NCBI GenBank assembly: GCA_963675525.2 | Contig: CAXXSL010000011.1 | Span: 512,001 to 576,000, forward strand | DNA: 64,000 nucleotides | Reading direction: 5' to 3' | Source: Anaerohalosphaeraceae bacterium | GTDB lineage: Bacteria; Planctomycetota; Phycisphaerae; Sedimentisphaerales; Anaerohalosphaeraceae | Shown here: one piece after another, positions 1-10,100 of the stretch | Numbering within the stretch: position 1 is the stretch's first letter | Layout of the letters: every line of letters begins with the position of its first letter | Translations under genes and position numbers: made by a program | The notes under the pieces: model-generated | The model's database searches: none | Told to the model about the DNA's origin: nothing | The model's input: only the letters and a program-made list of their open reading frames with translations

Positions 1-1375
1 CAAAGTCCGCATCTTCCGGCGAGAACGTCACAAACATCAGCGTAATGATACCATCCGTATCCGAATTCAAGAACTCATCCAAAGCGGCAAATTTCGCGGT
101 ATCAACCCACACGTCTAACGGGTCAATAACCGTTTCCATTAATAAAGGAGAAACATCTGACTGGTCGATGTGTGTCGCGAACGTAATTGGCTCGCTATAC
201 GCCGGATTTGGTGTGTTGACAACACCAGGTAAACTTTCCCACACGGCAGTCGTAGAATTAGTAAGATCAACATTGTCATATTCTTCCCTGACAGCAAACA
301 CCGAAAGGACCTCATTCAAAGAACCTTTATCTCTGTTTATCGTCAGATAACTGTTGGCATACACTTCGCCGGCTTCTTTCTGTCCGGAGATGTCGTACTG
401 GACATATTCGATACGCCGTCTGGGAGCACTATGGTTACGTGCATAGCTGATACTTGAGTGTCTATATGACGTGGGGGGTTGATCGGAATCATTTCCCGCC
501 GTACACCAAGTAGAAGCCTGAACAGCAAACGTCGGAACCTGAACCGCTACCTGAATCGTCTTTGCTGCGACCTTTTCGCCGTCATCAGCGGTGATCTGGA
601 GCGTGTAATCCCCTAACTCCGAAAAGCTGATCTCAACATCTTCTGAAGTGTCGTCGGGAGAATAGCCTACAGTAGCACCATCCGGAGTAGAAAGGGTTGT
701 CCACTGGACGGATACCCCGGTTCCCGGAATGCCGTCATCTGCAACCGTACTGTCAACAACCAGTGTATTTCCCGGAACAACCTGTGTGCTGACAGGAACA
801 CCGGTGATCGTCGGCCGGAAATTCCAACCGTCGGGTGCGGCAGCAACGACATACATGACACGGCCAGTACCATCATACTGAGCACCTAAGACATAGGTGC
901 CGGGGGTAACCGACTTGGCATACACCGTTCCGGGCGTGCTGATATTGACCGTATAAGGTGTTACAGCGAAACCGTTCGGGTCAACCCAATCCATCACGCC
1001 ACTGCCAAGTGTCGGGGGATCGGAATCAATTTCATCGCCAACACGATTGTCAATAATCAGAAACAACGTCCCGGCCTTATCGACGGTGACATGATACTCC
1101 ACATCAGAGTCATTTTTGTCGTCCACAGCCGTCTGGACGTAATCAAGACCTCCAAGGTCGTTGGCGTCTCCAAAGGGATAGGTCCGGTCTACATACGGAA
1201 GCGCCCCTTCCCACAATCCGCCTTTTACAACCACCAGCGGTTCCGGTGCTGTGCCATTAACCGCTACCGCTGCGGAGATAATGTTCGGATCAGTGACGCT
1301 GGCTGACGCAGCCAGACTGAGTGCCATCAGGCACAAAACACAACATCCTAAAAAATTCCGTCTTCTACTCATCAT
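1..1375 (-). CDS. Secreted multidomain surface protein (unnamed N-terminal domain, PKD/Ig-like domain, DNRLRE-like domain); 3' end runs off the window
   Basis: Not in the ORF track because it has no stop in the window. Read manually from ATG 1375 (GGAGGT RBS at 1381-1386): MMSRRRNFLGCCVLCLMALSLAASA signal peptide, ...VADDGIPG...YTLQITADDG (PKD-like), ...RRRIEYVQYDISG...LDEFLNSDTDGIITLMFV. Open to position 1. Confidence 0.8.
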   Translation of the reverse strand, partial: MMSRRRNFLGCCVLCLMALSLAASASVTDPNIISAAVAVNGTAPEPLVVVKGGLWEGALPYVDRTYPFGDANDLGGLDYVQTAVDDKNDSDVEYHVTVDKAGTLFLIIDNRVGDEIDSDPPTLGSGVMDWVDPNGFAVTPYTVNISTPGTVYAKSVTPGTYVLGAQYDGTGRVMYVVAAAPDGWNFRPTITGVPVSTQVVPGNTLVVDSTVADDGIPGTGVSVQWTTLSTPDGATVGYSPDDTSEDVEISFSELGDYTLQITADDGEKVAAKTIQVAVQVPTFAVQASTWCTAGNDSDQPPTSYRHSSISYARNHSAPRRRIEYVQYDISGQKEAGEVYANSYLTINRDKGSLNEVLSVFAVREEYDNVDLTNSTTAVWESLPGVVNTPNPAYSEPITFATHIDQSDVSPLLMETVIDPLDVWVDTAKFAALDEFLNSDTDGIITLMFVTFSPEDADF

Positions 1376-1471
1376 AATACACCTCCAAAAAAAGTAATAA
1401 AAATTTTCATTTCTCATACATTAACATTTTCATTGACATCTACCAAACTCGTCTCACGCGTCTTATCATTC

Positions 1472-2254
1472 TTAATACCCAACTCCGGCCCAAAGGTCTG
1501 AATTCCACAGCCACTGAACAACCTCTTCATCCTTATCGCTGGGATTGTTTACGCTCAAGTCCGCCATTAACACGTTGTTATGCTGAAAGGATCTGGAAAT
1601 TCCAACCGCATTAAAAAAGTTATTAAGGGTTGTATTCGTGCTTGTGGCAAATCCCCAGGCATCATTCGTCATATCACACATCAGCGCATTGCTGGACATA
1701 TCATTGACCGATGTAACTTGCGCCCTGAGTTCTTTTTTCCACAACCAGACATGAGAACTCCAGAACAAGGGGCGATCATTGGCAGGCAGCGTCCCATTGG
1801 CAATCTCCGTGTAGATCGTCCCTGTTTCCCTCTGAATATAATTGCCGGCTAATACATCGCTAACCGCATAATTCTTATCATAAGACAGGTTTCTGATGCC
1901 CGGGCAAAAGAACACCTCATACGTTGGCAACATATTATTATCCATGAGAAACTTTACCGCATTCGGTTGCGGTTCATGGGCATAATCTGAGGTCCCATTC
2001 GCCCAAAACCAATGTTTGGATAATTGATTCGCGGTCATATTAACTGCCGTTTTGAAGTTACGGAAATCATAGTTAGAATCTACCTGGTAAGTTCCAATGG
2101 CAAGCGCGATCTGATGCTCATTGGATTGACAAACCACTTTGCGGGCGTATTCTTTCGCTTTTTTAAGCGAGGGCAATATAACCGCCAACAACAAAGCAAT
2201 AATAGCAATGACGACCAACAATTCAATTAAGGTAAAAGCCTTTTTGTACTTCAT
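1472..2254 (-). CDS. Prepilin-type N-terminal cleavage/methylation domain protein (DUF1559-like pilin)
   Basis: KKA|FTLIELLVVIAIIALLLAVILPSL class III signal; FFCPG motif; C-terminal HNNVLMADLSV is a degenerate H-X9-DG-type motif. Confidence 0.9.
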   Translation of the reverse strand: MKYKKAFTLIELLVVIAIIALLLAVILPSLKKAKEYARKVVCQSNEHQIALAIGTYQVDSNYDFRNFKTAVNMTANQLSKHWFWANGTSDYAHEPQPNAVKFLMDNNMLPTYEVFFCPGIRNLSYDKNYAVSDVLAGNYIQRETGTIYTEIANGTLPANDRPLFWSSHVWLWKKELRAQVTSVNDMSSNALMCDMTNDAWGFATSTNTTLNNFFNAVGISRSFQHNNVLMADLSVNNPSDKDEEVVQWLWNSDLWAGVGY

Positions 2255-2325
2255 AAATCTCTTTCTCCGTTTTTTTTCGATTCAAACGTGGTATTAAATT
2301 GTTGGCAATCTCGCACTTCTGCATA

Positions 2326-4605
2326 TTATTCTGTCTTGATTCGGGGACACGCAAACAAACCCCAATCCATCGGCGATTTTCGATTCGAACCGCCCGTAAC
2401 CGCAAGCGTCAGATAACGATCATTAGGCTTCAGTTCAATCTCAATCGGGCAAGGCTCTTCTCCGGGTTTCATATCCATTTTCACAAAACGTTCCTGCCCA
2501 TCAACCAGCACATAAAAACCGGTCTGCGGCGATGTGTCCCATTGCTGCTGGTTACGGTATTCAGCAGACACATCCGCCGGCCCGCAACCCGCCGTAAAGG
2601 ATTTTAAAGAAAGCGTCCCTTTGAAATAATGACGGATTTCCTGAAGGTCGAATGTGATTCCTGAATTTGTATGCATACAAATTGCCGGATAATCGTTCGT
2701 GCCACACAGGCGGCCGTCCAGCATCAGACGGCGCGTTCCGGAAAACGGGTCGTTCTGAAGGCCGGTTAAAGCCGCATTCATCACATACCCCTTATTTTTA
2801 AAATAGTTCCGGATTTTAAAAACCGGCTCGCTCCCATGGCTGTCATCAGGTCCGGTACTGTCATACTGGTTGTCATTTGACAGATAGGTATCGGCCCCTC
2901 TGCCGTCTGCCGTGGAAACCTGACGCGTTCCGTTTGCCGCATAGGGAAATGTCAGCGTAGGCGCCCCATCATCAGCGGACTCCTTTGTACGAATGAGCCA
3001 CTCGGCACTCAGGTCATTCTGTTCACGCACCAGCAAGAGCGTCAATAAACCATTTGTATCCTGTGCAATAAAGTCATCCAACCGCAGATCGGCAGTATTC
3101 GATTGCTGCGATTTGCTGCCGGTAAGCATGATTGTCCCCAGATTATCAAGAACATTCCGGTCCAACTGGTACTGCCCCAAAGATGTTGACAAACAGCCTG
3201 CAGCGGAATTATACGTTACCTGAGTCTCGTTCCAGTAATCCGCATCGCCGTCCTTGAGGCCGTACACCTGGATTTCGCCTTTCTTTCCAGCCCACCTGCG
3301 AGTGCTTAATGTCAGGATTGCATCCGCTCGGTCACCCTTGACGGCACTGATGTCAAAACGCAAGTATCCAATCTTCTGACGGGCCTCCATGACAGGAGCA
3401 TCCCACATGAACTGCCCATCCTGTGTCACTGAAACCGGCCCGTTAATGCCGTTCGGGAGGAAAATACTGTCAATAAACGGATTGGTCTCGACAGGCCAGA
3501 CCTGGCCGGGCATCATCTCCGGAGTCTCGATTATTTCATTTCGAATGACAGGTTTCCCCGGTTTAAGGACGTCCATTCCGTTGCCCTTGATCATATCGGC
3601 CAAATCCAGCGGTTCGCCGCGCCAAACCATATTGTGTTCGGAGCGAATGTCCCGCACAAACAGGCCCGTATCACACGGAATATCCTGAATTTCCGAAGAT
3701 CGATCGGAAATCTTTTTTGCAGCGCCTTGGCTAACCTGCAGGCTGCATTTGAGCCCTTCCTGCTCAGCAACCACTGTTGTTTTACCTTTGACAACATGCA
3801 GCTGTGTGCTTTCACCATAATCGACCTGAACCCCAAACTCCGTGCCCAAATCAATGATCTTGGAATTGGGTGTGGTCACGATAAAACCGATCGCTTCGGT
3901 CGGCACCGATGCATATAAACGCCCGTTATCCAGCTTAATCTGATCGCGTGCAACCAGTACAAACTCTGCCGGGGCTTCGACCAGTACGCTGGTGTTATTA
4001 TCAAATAATAATTTCAGATAACCCTTGTTTAAGATGACAGGGGCGGTATTGGTACTGATCCGGGATCCTTTTTCCAGCGATATCCCTGCTTCACCCCACT
4101 GGACATTGATCATATCATCCAGCGTGGCCACTTCTTCACGGACCGTTACCGGTACAAGATGAATATAAACAATCACAAATAAAACCGCCGCCAATGATAC
4201 GATGGCAGATACCAGCGAGAATTTATTAATTTTCCGCGGAGCTTTCTCAATGCGGGCCTTTCGGATTATCACCGGTTCTTTCAGTGGTTCTTTCGGCGGC
4301 TTAGGAAGCTTCACGGACGGAGCCGTTTTTTCATCCTCCGACAGAAGCTGCCATATCTCAGGACTCAGTAACTGGATATTGTCATCCGTTTCATCGGCCG
4401 CAGAAGGAAAGGTAATATTATCCGTATAATCCGAACGGATAAAATAATTGTGAATATTACGGTGAAACATCGCATTATGAATAAACGTACGAGCATTATC
4501 CGGATTCTGCAGAATCCACTCAGACAATTCCTTGACCTGCTCTGGACTCATGGACTCCTGAGCATACAGGAAAAGGCTCATCAGGTTATCATGCGATTCA
4601 TTCAT
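2326..4605 (-). CDS. FecR-family anti-sigma factor with periplasmic sensor (NPCBM-like domain carrying an inserted DNRLRE-like domain)
   Basis: One TM helix (FSLVSAIVSLAAVLFVIVYI); FecR motif TPNSKIIDLGTEFGVQV; C-terminal MHTNSGITFDL...RYLTLAVT...DWGLFACP; 4-bp overlap with the ECF sigma gene. Confidence 0.85.
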   Translation of the reverse strand: MNESHDNLMSLFLYAQESMSPEQVKELSEWILQNPDNARTFIHNAMFHRNIHNYFIRSDYTDNITFPSAADETDDNIQLLSPEIWQLLSEDEKTAPSVKLPKPPKEPLKEPVIIRKARIEKAPRKINKFSLVSAIVSLAAVLFVIVYIHLVPVTVREEVATLDDMINVQWGEAGISLEKGSRISTNTAPVILNKGYLKLLFDNNTSVLVEAPAEFVLVARDQIKLDNGRLYASVPTEAIGFIVTTPNSKIIDLGTEFGVQVDYGESTQLHVVKGKTTVVAEQEGLKCSLQVSQGAAKKISDRSSEIQDIPCDTGLFVRDIRSEHNMVWRGEPLDLADMIKGNGMDVLKPGKPVIRNEIIETPEMMPGQVWPVETNPFIDSIFLPNGINGPVSVTQDGQFMWDAPVMEARQKIGYLRFDISAVKGDRADAILTLSTRRWAGKKGEIQVYGLKDGDADYWNETQVTYNSAAGCLSTSLGQYQLDRNVLDNLGTIMLTGSKSQQSNTADLRLDDFIAQDTNGLLTLLLVREQNDLSAEWLIRTKESADDGAPTLTFPYAANGTRQVSTADGRGADTYLSNDNQYDSTGPDDSHGSEPVFKIRNYFKNKGYVMNAALTGLQNDPFSGTRRLMLDGRLCGTNDYPAICMHTNSGITFDLQEIRHYFKGTLSLKSFTAGCGPADVSAEYRNQQQWDTSPQTGFYVLVDGQERFVKMDMKPGEEPCPIEIELKPNDRYLTLAVTGGSNRKSPMDWGLFACPRIKTE

Positions 4606-5144
4606 GGACGGTCCTGTTGAAGTTGATTATGCACACATTCCCGCAGTGCCATCCGGATGCGATGCAGTGAAACAAAGACATTATTGCGGGTGATTCCTAA
4701 CTGCTGAGCAATGCGGATGGGCGATAATTCACGCAGATAATACATTTCAAGGACCTTTTTCCAGCGGCCTTTCAATTGCTGCATACATCGCTCCAATGCA
4801 CCCTGAGCAATGTCGTGATGATGTGAAATTTTGTCGAATTCTCGCTCATAAACATCCGAAAGTGCCTCAACAGCCCGACAATCTAAAATAACACGCCCCT
4901 GATTCTTTTTCTCTGCGTAATATCTATGGACCATATTTCTCGCGATTCCGATTACCCAGGAGGCAAAGGGCTTTTCGCGATCATACTCATCAAATTTCTT
5001 CACCGTTACCACCGCGACATTCTGAAGAACATCATCTGCATCCTGGAAATTGGAAATCAGAGAACTGATATACCCGGCAACCACCGGCTGATGCTGTGCC
5101 CAATATACAGCTAACTCTTCAGAATGTGACTTATCGTTAGACAT
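4602..5144 (-). CDS. ECF sigma-70 factor (Rhodopirellula/Verrucomicrobium type)
   Basis: Region 2 DADDVLQNV...FASWVIGIARN; region 4 IAQQLGITRNNVFVSLHRIRMALRECV; coupled to the FecR gene. Confidence 0.92.
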   Translation of the reverse strand: MSNDKSHSEELAVYWAQHQPVVAGYISSLISNFQDADDVLQNVAVVTVKKFDEYDREKPFASWVIGIARNMVHRYYAEKKNQGRVILDCRAVEALSDVYEREFDKISHHHDIAQGALERCMQQLKGRWKKVLEMYYLRELSPIRIAQQLGITRNNVFVSLHRIRMALRECVHNQLQQDRP

Positions 5145-5407
5145 TTAATAAAAATTATACCCTTTCAACATGTATATATTCCCAGATTTCGACCAAATTC
5201 TTACAAAATAATACGAAAAAGACGTAATAATTGTTTTCCGGATTTCTGTGTCTTTAATAAAAAGAACTGACAAAAACCGTGGAAATTCATATATAAACCG
5301 CAAAGGCTCTGTTTTCAGTACTGATAAGTGAATTTACAGATAAAAAGAGAACTTTCTAATGTCATGCAGACGTCATGTACCCCCTGTCTTTTCTTTTACT
5401 GTGAACA

Positions 5408-7132
5408 CTAAAGTCCGTAAAATAAATCTCCCTCCCCCTGCTTTTTGAGATGGGGTTTTAGTGACGGTTCGACCTGCGGCAGTTGCTCCATTACGAGCCT
5501 GGCCATCGCGCGAGCGCCTTTCTGGTTAAAATGCGTGCGGTCGTCGGGGGCGTTGGCTAACTCCAACACGCCGGATTGGCCCAATTTGAGATACAGTTTT
5601 TCGCTGGCGGTATTCAGATCGACCAGCGGGACGTTTTTCTCAGCGGCTACTTTTTTCATCGCATCCGCATACGGCAGCAGATTATCATGAATATTGCCCT
5701 GCTCATCAAACTTACGCCGATACATCGGGGTTATCAGCACAGGAATCGCTCCAATCGCGCGGGACTGGTCAATGTATTGCCGCAGGTAATCAGCATAATC
5801 GGTCTCGGCATTCGTGGCTTCGGGTTTCTCAGGTGCGTGCGAATCATTATGACCGAATTGAATTAATACATACGCCGGTTTTTGAGCCAACACCTCTTCC
5901 CATAATCCCTGCTGGATGAATGTCTTTGTGCTGCGGCCGCTTTTGGCACTATTAAGTACCTCGATGGGACCGTTAAAATACTCCTGGATAAACTGGCCCC
6001 AACCCCGGCGGACCCCTTCATCGGGATAATTGCACACCGTCGAATCACCAATAATTGCAAGGATTTTGGTCGTTTCAGGCAATAGCAGACTTTCCCACCG
6101 CTGGTGCCATTTCTCATAATCCCGAAATACATCCTTTCCCGAGTCAGTATACCATCCATATCCATTACGGCGTTCCTTGCCAATCTGATTATAGTCATAT
6201 TTGGGAATGCCGTCGCGGTCACAAAAGAACGGCCGGTTTGTTTCAATCTCGTAAAACCGGGCCCACAGCGGCTCTGCCGTTGGATCATTGACCGCCGTTC
6301 GTGTTCCATTTACCCATTCAAGCCGAATACCTTCAACCTTCGCGAATTTATACCATTGAACACCAGCTGTAATCGCTTTAATTATCTCGGGACTCGGATT
6401 ATCCAGGCTCATCAGCAGATGGAGAATCCCCGCGCTTTCGCCGCCGCTTAAAGAGGCCAGTTCATAGGAGCGAGCCGGACGGGGACTGTAATCGATCTGG
6501 TCATGCTGCGCACACCAAACAGTCAGCTTTCCATTGACACGAATCTGACATTTCAGAATGCAATCAATTCCTTGGTCGAATGCCTTTCGGGTGGCTGTAC
6601 GACGATCCGCATCGACAAAATCATAATCAGAAGAGTTCGCAATCTCTCTGAGCAATTCCATCAGCCGGACCATTGCGCCATCATTAAACGTAATATAGTG
6701 AGAATAACCCTTTCCGGGAGGATACGATTGCGGCCAGCCCCCGGTGGGGTACTGCGCCTTGAGAATCAAATCGAGTGCCTTGACGAATGCTCCCTCATAG
6801 CGTGGTTCCTGTGTCGCCCTGAAAGCTCTCGCCAGAAACCGCATCTCGCCGGTCGTAGCGCCGTTATCAAATATGCCGTGCAGGTCTTTTCGGTCTCCCG
6901 AAAAAGGTTTTGCCGCCGTATCGATATTTTTGGGCCAACTGCCGTAGCTGTCCTGAAAAGACAGGATGTTTTCTGCAACGCGCTTGCCATCTTCGCTGCG
7001 ATACCATGCATCGTCCTTTGATGCGTATCTTCTCCATGAAAAGCGCGCACCTTGAGCCGGGAGACTAAAACAGACACACAGCATGACAAATAATATAATG
7101 CCTGTTTTTTTTATATCATTATTATTTTGCAT
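5408..7132 (-). CDS. Pectate lyase PL10 fused to CE12 (rhamnogalacturonan/pectin acetylesterase, SGNH)
   Basis: PL10 motifs GSWPKN, FDNGAT, GGWPQ, ITFNDGAM, WCAQHD, PARSYE, WARFYE. CE12 motifs IGDSTV, GWGQ, SGRST, QFGHND, DRTH. Start moved to ATG 7132 (AAGGA RBS, signal peptide follows). Confidence 0.9.
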   Translation of the reverse strand: MQNNNDIKKTGIILFVMLCVCFSLPAQGARFSWRRYASKDDAWYRSEDGKRVAENILSFQDSYGSWPKNIDTAAKPFSGDRKDLHGIFDNGATTGEMRFLARAFRATQEPRYEGAFVKALDLILKAQYPTGGWPQSYPPGKGYSHYITFNDGAMVRLMELLREIANSSDYDFVDADRRTATRKAFDQGIDCILKCQIRVNGKLTVWCAQHDQIDYSPRPARSYELASLSGGESAGILHLLMSLDNPSPEIIKAITAGVQWYKFAKVEGIRLEWVNGTRTAVNDPTAEPLWARFYEIETNRPFFCDRDGIPKYDYNQIGKERRNGYGWYTDSGKDVFRDYEKWHQRWESLLLPETTKILAIIGDSTVCNYPDEGVRRGWGQFIQEYFNGPIEVLNSAKSGRSTKTFIQQGLWEEVLAQKPAYVLIQFGHNDSHAPEKPEATNAETDYADYLRQYIDQSRAIGAIPVLITPMYRRKFDEQGNIHDNLLPYADAMKKVAAEKNVPLVDLNTASEKLYLKLGQSGVLELANAPDDRTHFNQKGARAMARLVMEQLPQVEPSLKPHLKKQGEGDLFYGL

Positions 7133-7151
7133 TGTTTTCTGATATCCTTTC

Positions 7152-10100
7152 TTAACGAACCAACGTTGCACCCATCAACCCGATGACGACTTCATTGGCC
7201 AATGTTTTTACTTTCAGAGAGTTAAGTTCTTTGCCGGCATCCAGGGGCAAATCGAGCACCGTTGCCGCACCGCCGGGGACAGTCCCGCCTTTGCCTTTGA
7301 ATTCACTAACATCAAGTATGCGAACCTGTCCTGTTTTCAGGTCCACCCGCGGGGGGATTGGTTCCGGCCGCCTGAACCCAAAGTCGTCAATGAAATAATC
7401 CTGATCAATCGGCCACCATGTCGTCGGATTACGCAGAGCCAATCGCCGCGAGGAACCGTCTTTATAAATCACAACCACTTCCCCGTTGTCAAATTGGCTC
7501 TGCATGGAGTTGGTGGAACCGGCCATAAGCATGTAGATGTGCCGGGCCTTTCCGTCCAGCGGAATTGTTATCTCGTCGGGATAGTTGTCCCACTGCGAAG
7601 TAAAGACGATATTTTTTGTTTGTTCCTTTGTGGAAATTTTAAACGGGATATCCTGCGGCAGAACAAAAAAGCCGTCATTGTTTTGCGCCGCCGAACGCAG
7701 TCCTGAATCGTCCACGTCAAACGTTTTGGCAAAATTACACCAGCTTCCAATACCCTGTTTGGGAATGGCCAGTGAGCAATACGGCGACCGGGGCGAGAGA
7801 TATTCATTTTGAAAAATCTGTGTGATGCTGTCATTATAAAACGCACTCAGGTCCACCGGATCGGACTGTTTTGGAAGCTCATGGCCGCTGACATGCCAAT
7901 TGGTCACAACACCTTCACAGGTTTTGCCGTTGCCGAGGTCTATATTGATGCGATTGGAGCCCGGCAATAACTGAAAATCTTTCGCCAACAGGTATATTTT
8001 TTTTGAAAGACCATATGCGGGAATTTGCAGCGGCATCCCGGCCGATTGGCCCCCTGCCCGGATGACGGTTTCTGTATTAATTTCCTTTGCAGTATTATTT
8101 CGAATTCGAAATTCAATAAAATTTTCTTCCTTCTGCGATTCAGCAATTATCTCAAACGGTTTTTGTGTTTCAAATTCCACCGGCTGCCACCATCGCATCC
8201 GTCCACGCTCAAGCCGGGCAAAAATCGTGTGATGTCCCAGCCTGCCGGATGCTGCAGCCTTGAGGGCATTCGATTCATCACTCATATTGCTGACCGCATG
8301 TTGCGGGTCAGACACTATGTCAAGGGAGGCGCCGTCAAAACCAACTTCCAGTGTCGCATGACGGGCAACCACTGGAATCGATGTCGTCGCAGCCGGAGTT
8401 TGTCCTTTCCAAACTACTTTAATTTTATAATCCGGCGCGGGTTTGCAGTTAATTTCAATGTACGGGACACCGACTGCATCCTCAGCAATAACCCATTGAA
8501 CAGGCACATTGCCGGCAGTTGAGACCTCGGCATCTGTGCGGCGTGCTTTGATGCGCAACCGGAGTGCCTGCGGCTCGGCAAAGATTGGCCTGACGAAATA
8601 CGTCTCTTGTTGACCTTTACGGCAGTACTCAAATACAATATCCGGATGCTTGAGTTTGGCGTACGGCCAATCATCCGGAAAGCCCGGCGTAATTTTTAAC
8701 TCGTCTTTCAGCATGTTCGGATGTATGCCGAAAAGCCCTTCAATCAATGCACGGGAGCAAGTTCCCACTGCATCACCGAAGTCCCGCTGGGCCTCACCGC
8801 GTGCCATGTCAAAATAGGTCGTCATGCCCGCATTGCCGGGGCATTTTCCCATATACATGCTGTCGAGAATGCAGCCTTTGAACAATGCAAATGCTTTATC
8901 GGGGCGCTGTGCCTGCCAGTAGGCCAGCGCGGTATGCGCCACTTCAGCCATCACGACATTGTTCGTGGACCAGGTATAGGGCATCCAGCTTGTCGTCGGC
9001 AGTGTGAAATACTTTCCCTTGGGAATATCACCGCCGTAAACGGGGATGTGGGCAATCTGCGTATCCACAAACCGGCTCATCTGCCAGGCCTGCATGGGGT
9101 CGGCGGCTTCGGAATCAAGTGTGTGATAAAATGTCCACAGCGCTGCGCTCGGATGCGTCGCCTGCAATCCCAGCAGATCTTTAAATTCGGCATACCAGCC
9201 GCGGTCGGCCAGCCATAAATGTTTTTGCATACCTTTGAGAATCAGTTCGGCTTCCTGTTCGTAGGGGGCCGGGTCCTTGCCCAGGTCTTTGGCCAGTCGG
9301 GCAACCATGCGATTGTGGTAATAGTTATACGCCGATGTGTGGGTGACGCCGCCACCGTTATACTGTAGGTCGTCGCTGGCCCAGATAGCGGCATAAGCTT
9401 CATACACGGGGAGATTATCGTCTCCGTATGTTCGACGAAACAGGCGGTGTTCCCACGCCATGTGCCGTTCAATCACCGGCCAGAGACTGCGGGCCAATTC
9501 CAAGTCCCCGGTCCAGAGGATATGTCGAAACAGGGCATCCATATAGACCAGGTTCATATCATAATGCTTGCCGGACATATCGCCGTTGCTGTGCAGGGAC
9601 GGCTCGTTGCGCGACAAATTCGCCGTTGGGTCCGCAGGCAAAATCGCCTCCGGTACAGGCTTGGTATTTTGTCGACCGGCCCAATACGTCAAATGACGTT
9701 TGGAACGGTCATGCCAGCCGAAGGCATCATTCGCATAGGGGCCGCGCCAGCCGAGGTATTTGGATCGCCATGCAACGGCTCCATGCATGACAGACGCTTG
9801 TTTTTCATCCCAAATCGCATCGGCGGCTACACACAAAGCAGAAACAGCGGCATTGATGAACGGGTCCGGCGTCTCAACCGATACTTTCTCTGCAATCTGC
9901 TTGCGCTGTTGCTGTGTCTGTTCGTAAAGCGAACCCAGTTGCTCGGTCTTAAACTTCTCTGCGTCCTCGCTGATGCGTTTGAGGATGACATAAACAGGCT
10001 GATCGGCAGATAACTTCATCGTTGCCGTCAGCACAGGGTATTCGGTTTGTTCGCCCGCGGATTTGAGTAACGCATAGATATTATTCCATTTTTCCGCATC

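Noticed and set aside
5161..5210. Possible ECF autoregulatory promoter (TGTAAG...GAATAT on the minus strand)
   Set aside because: Only one instance; I found no second copy to define a consensus
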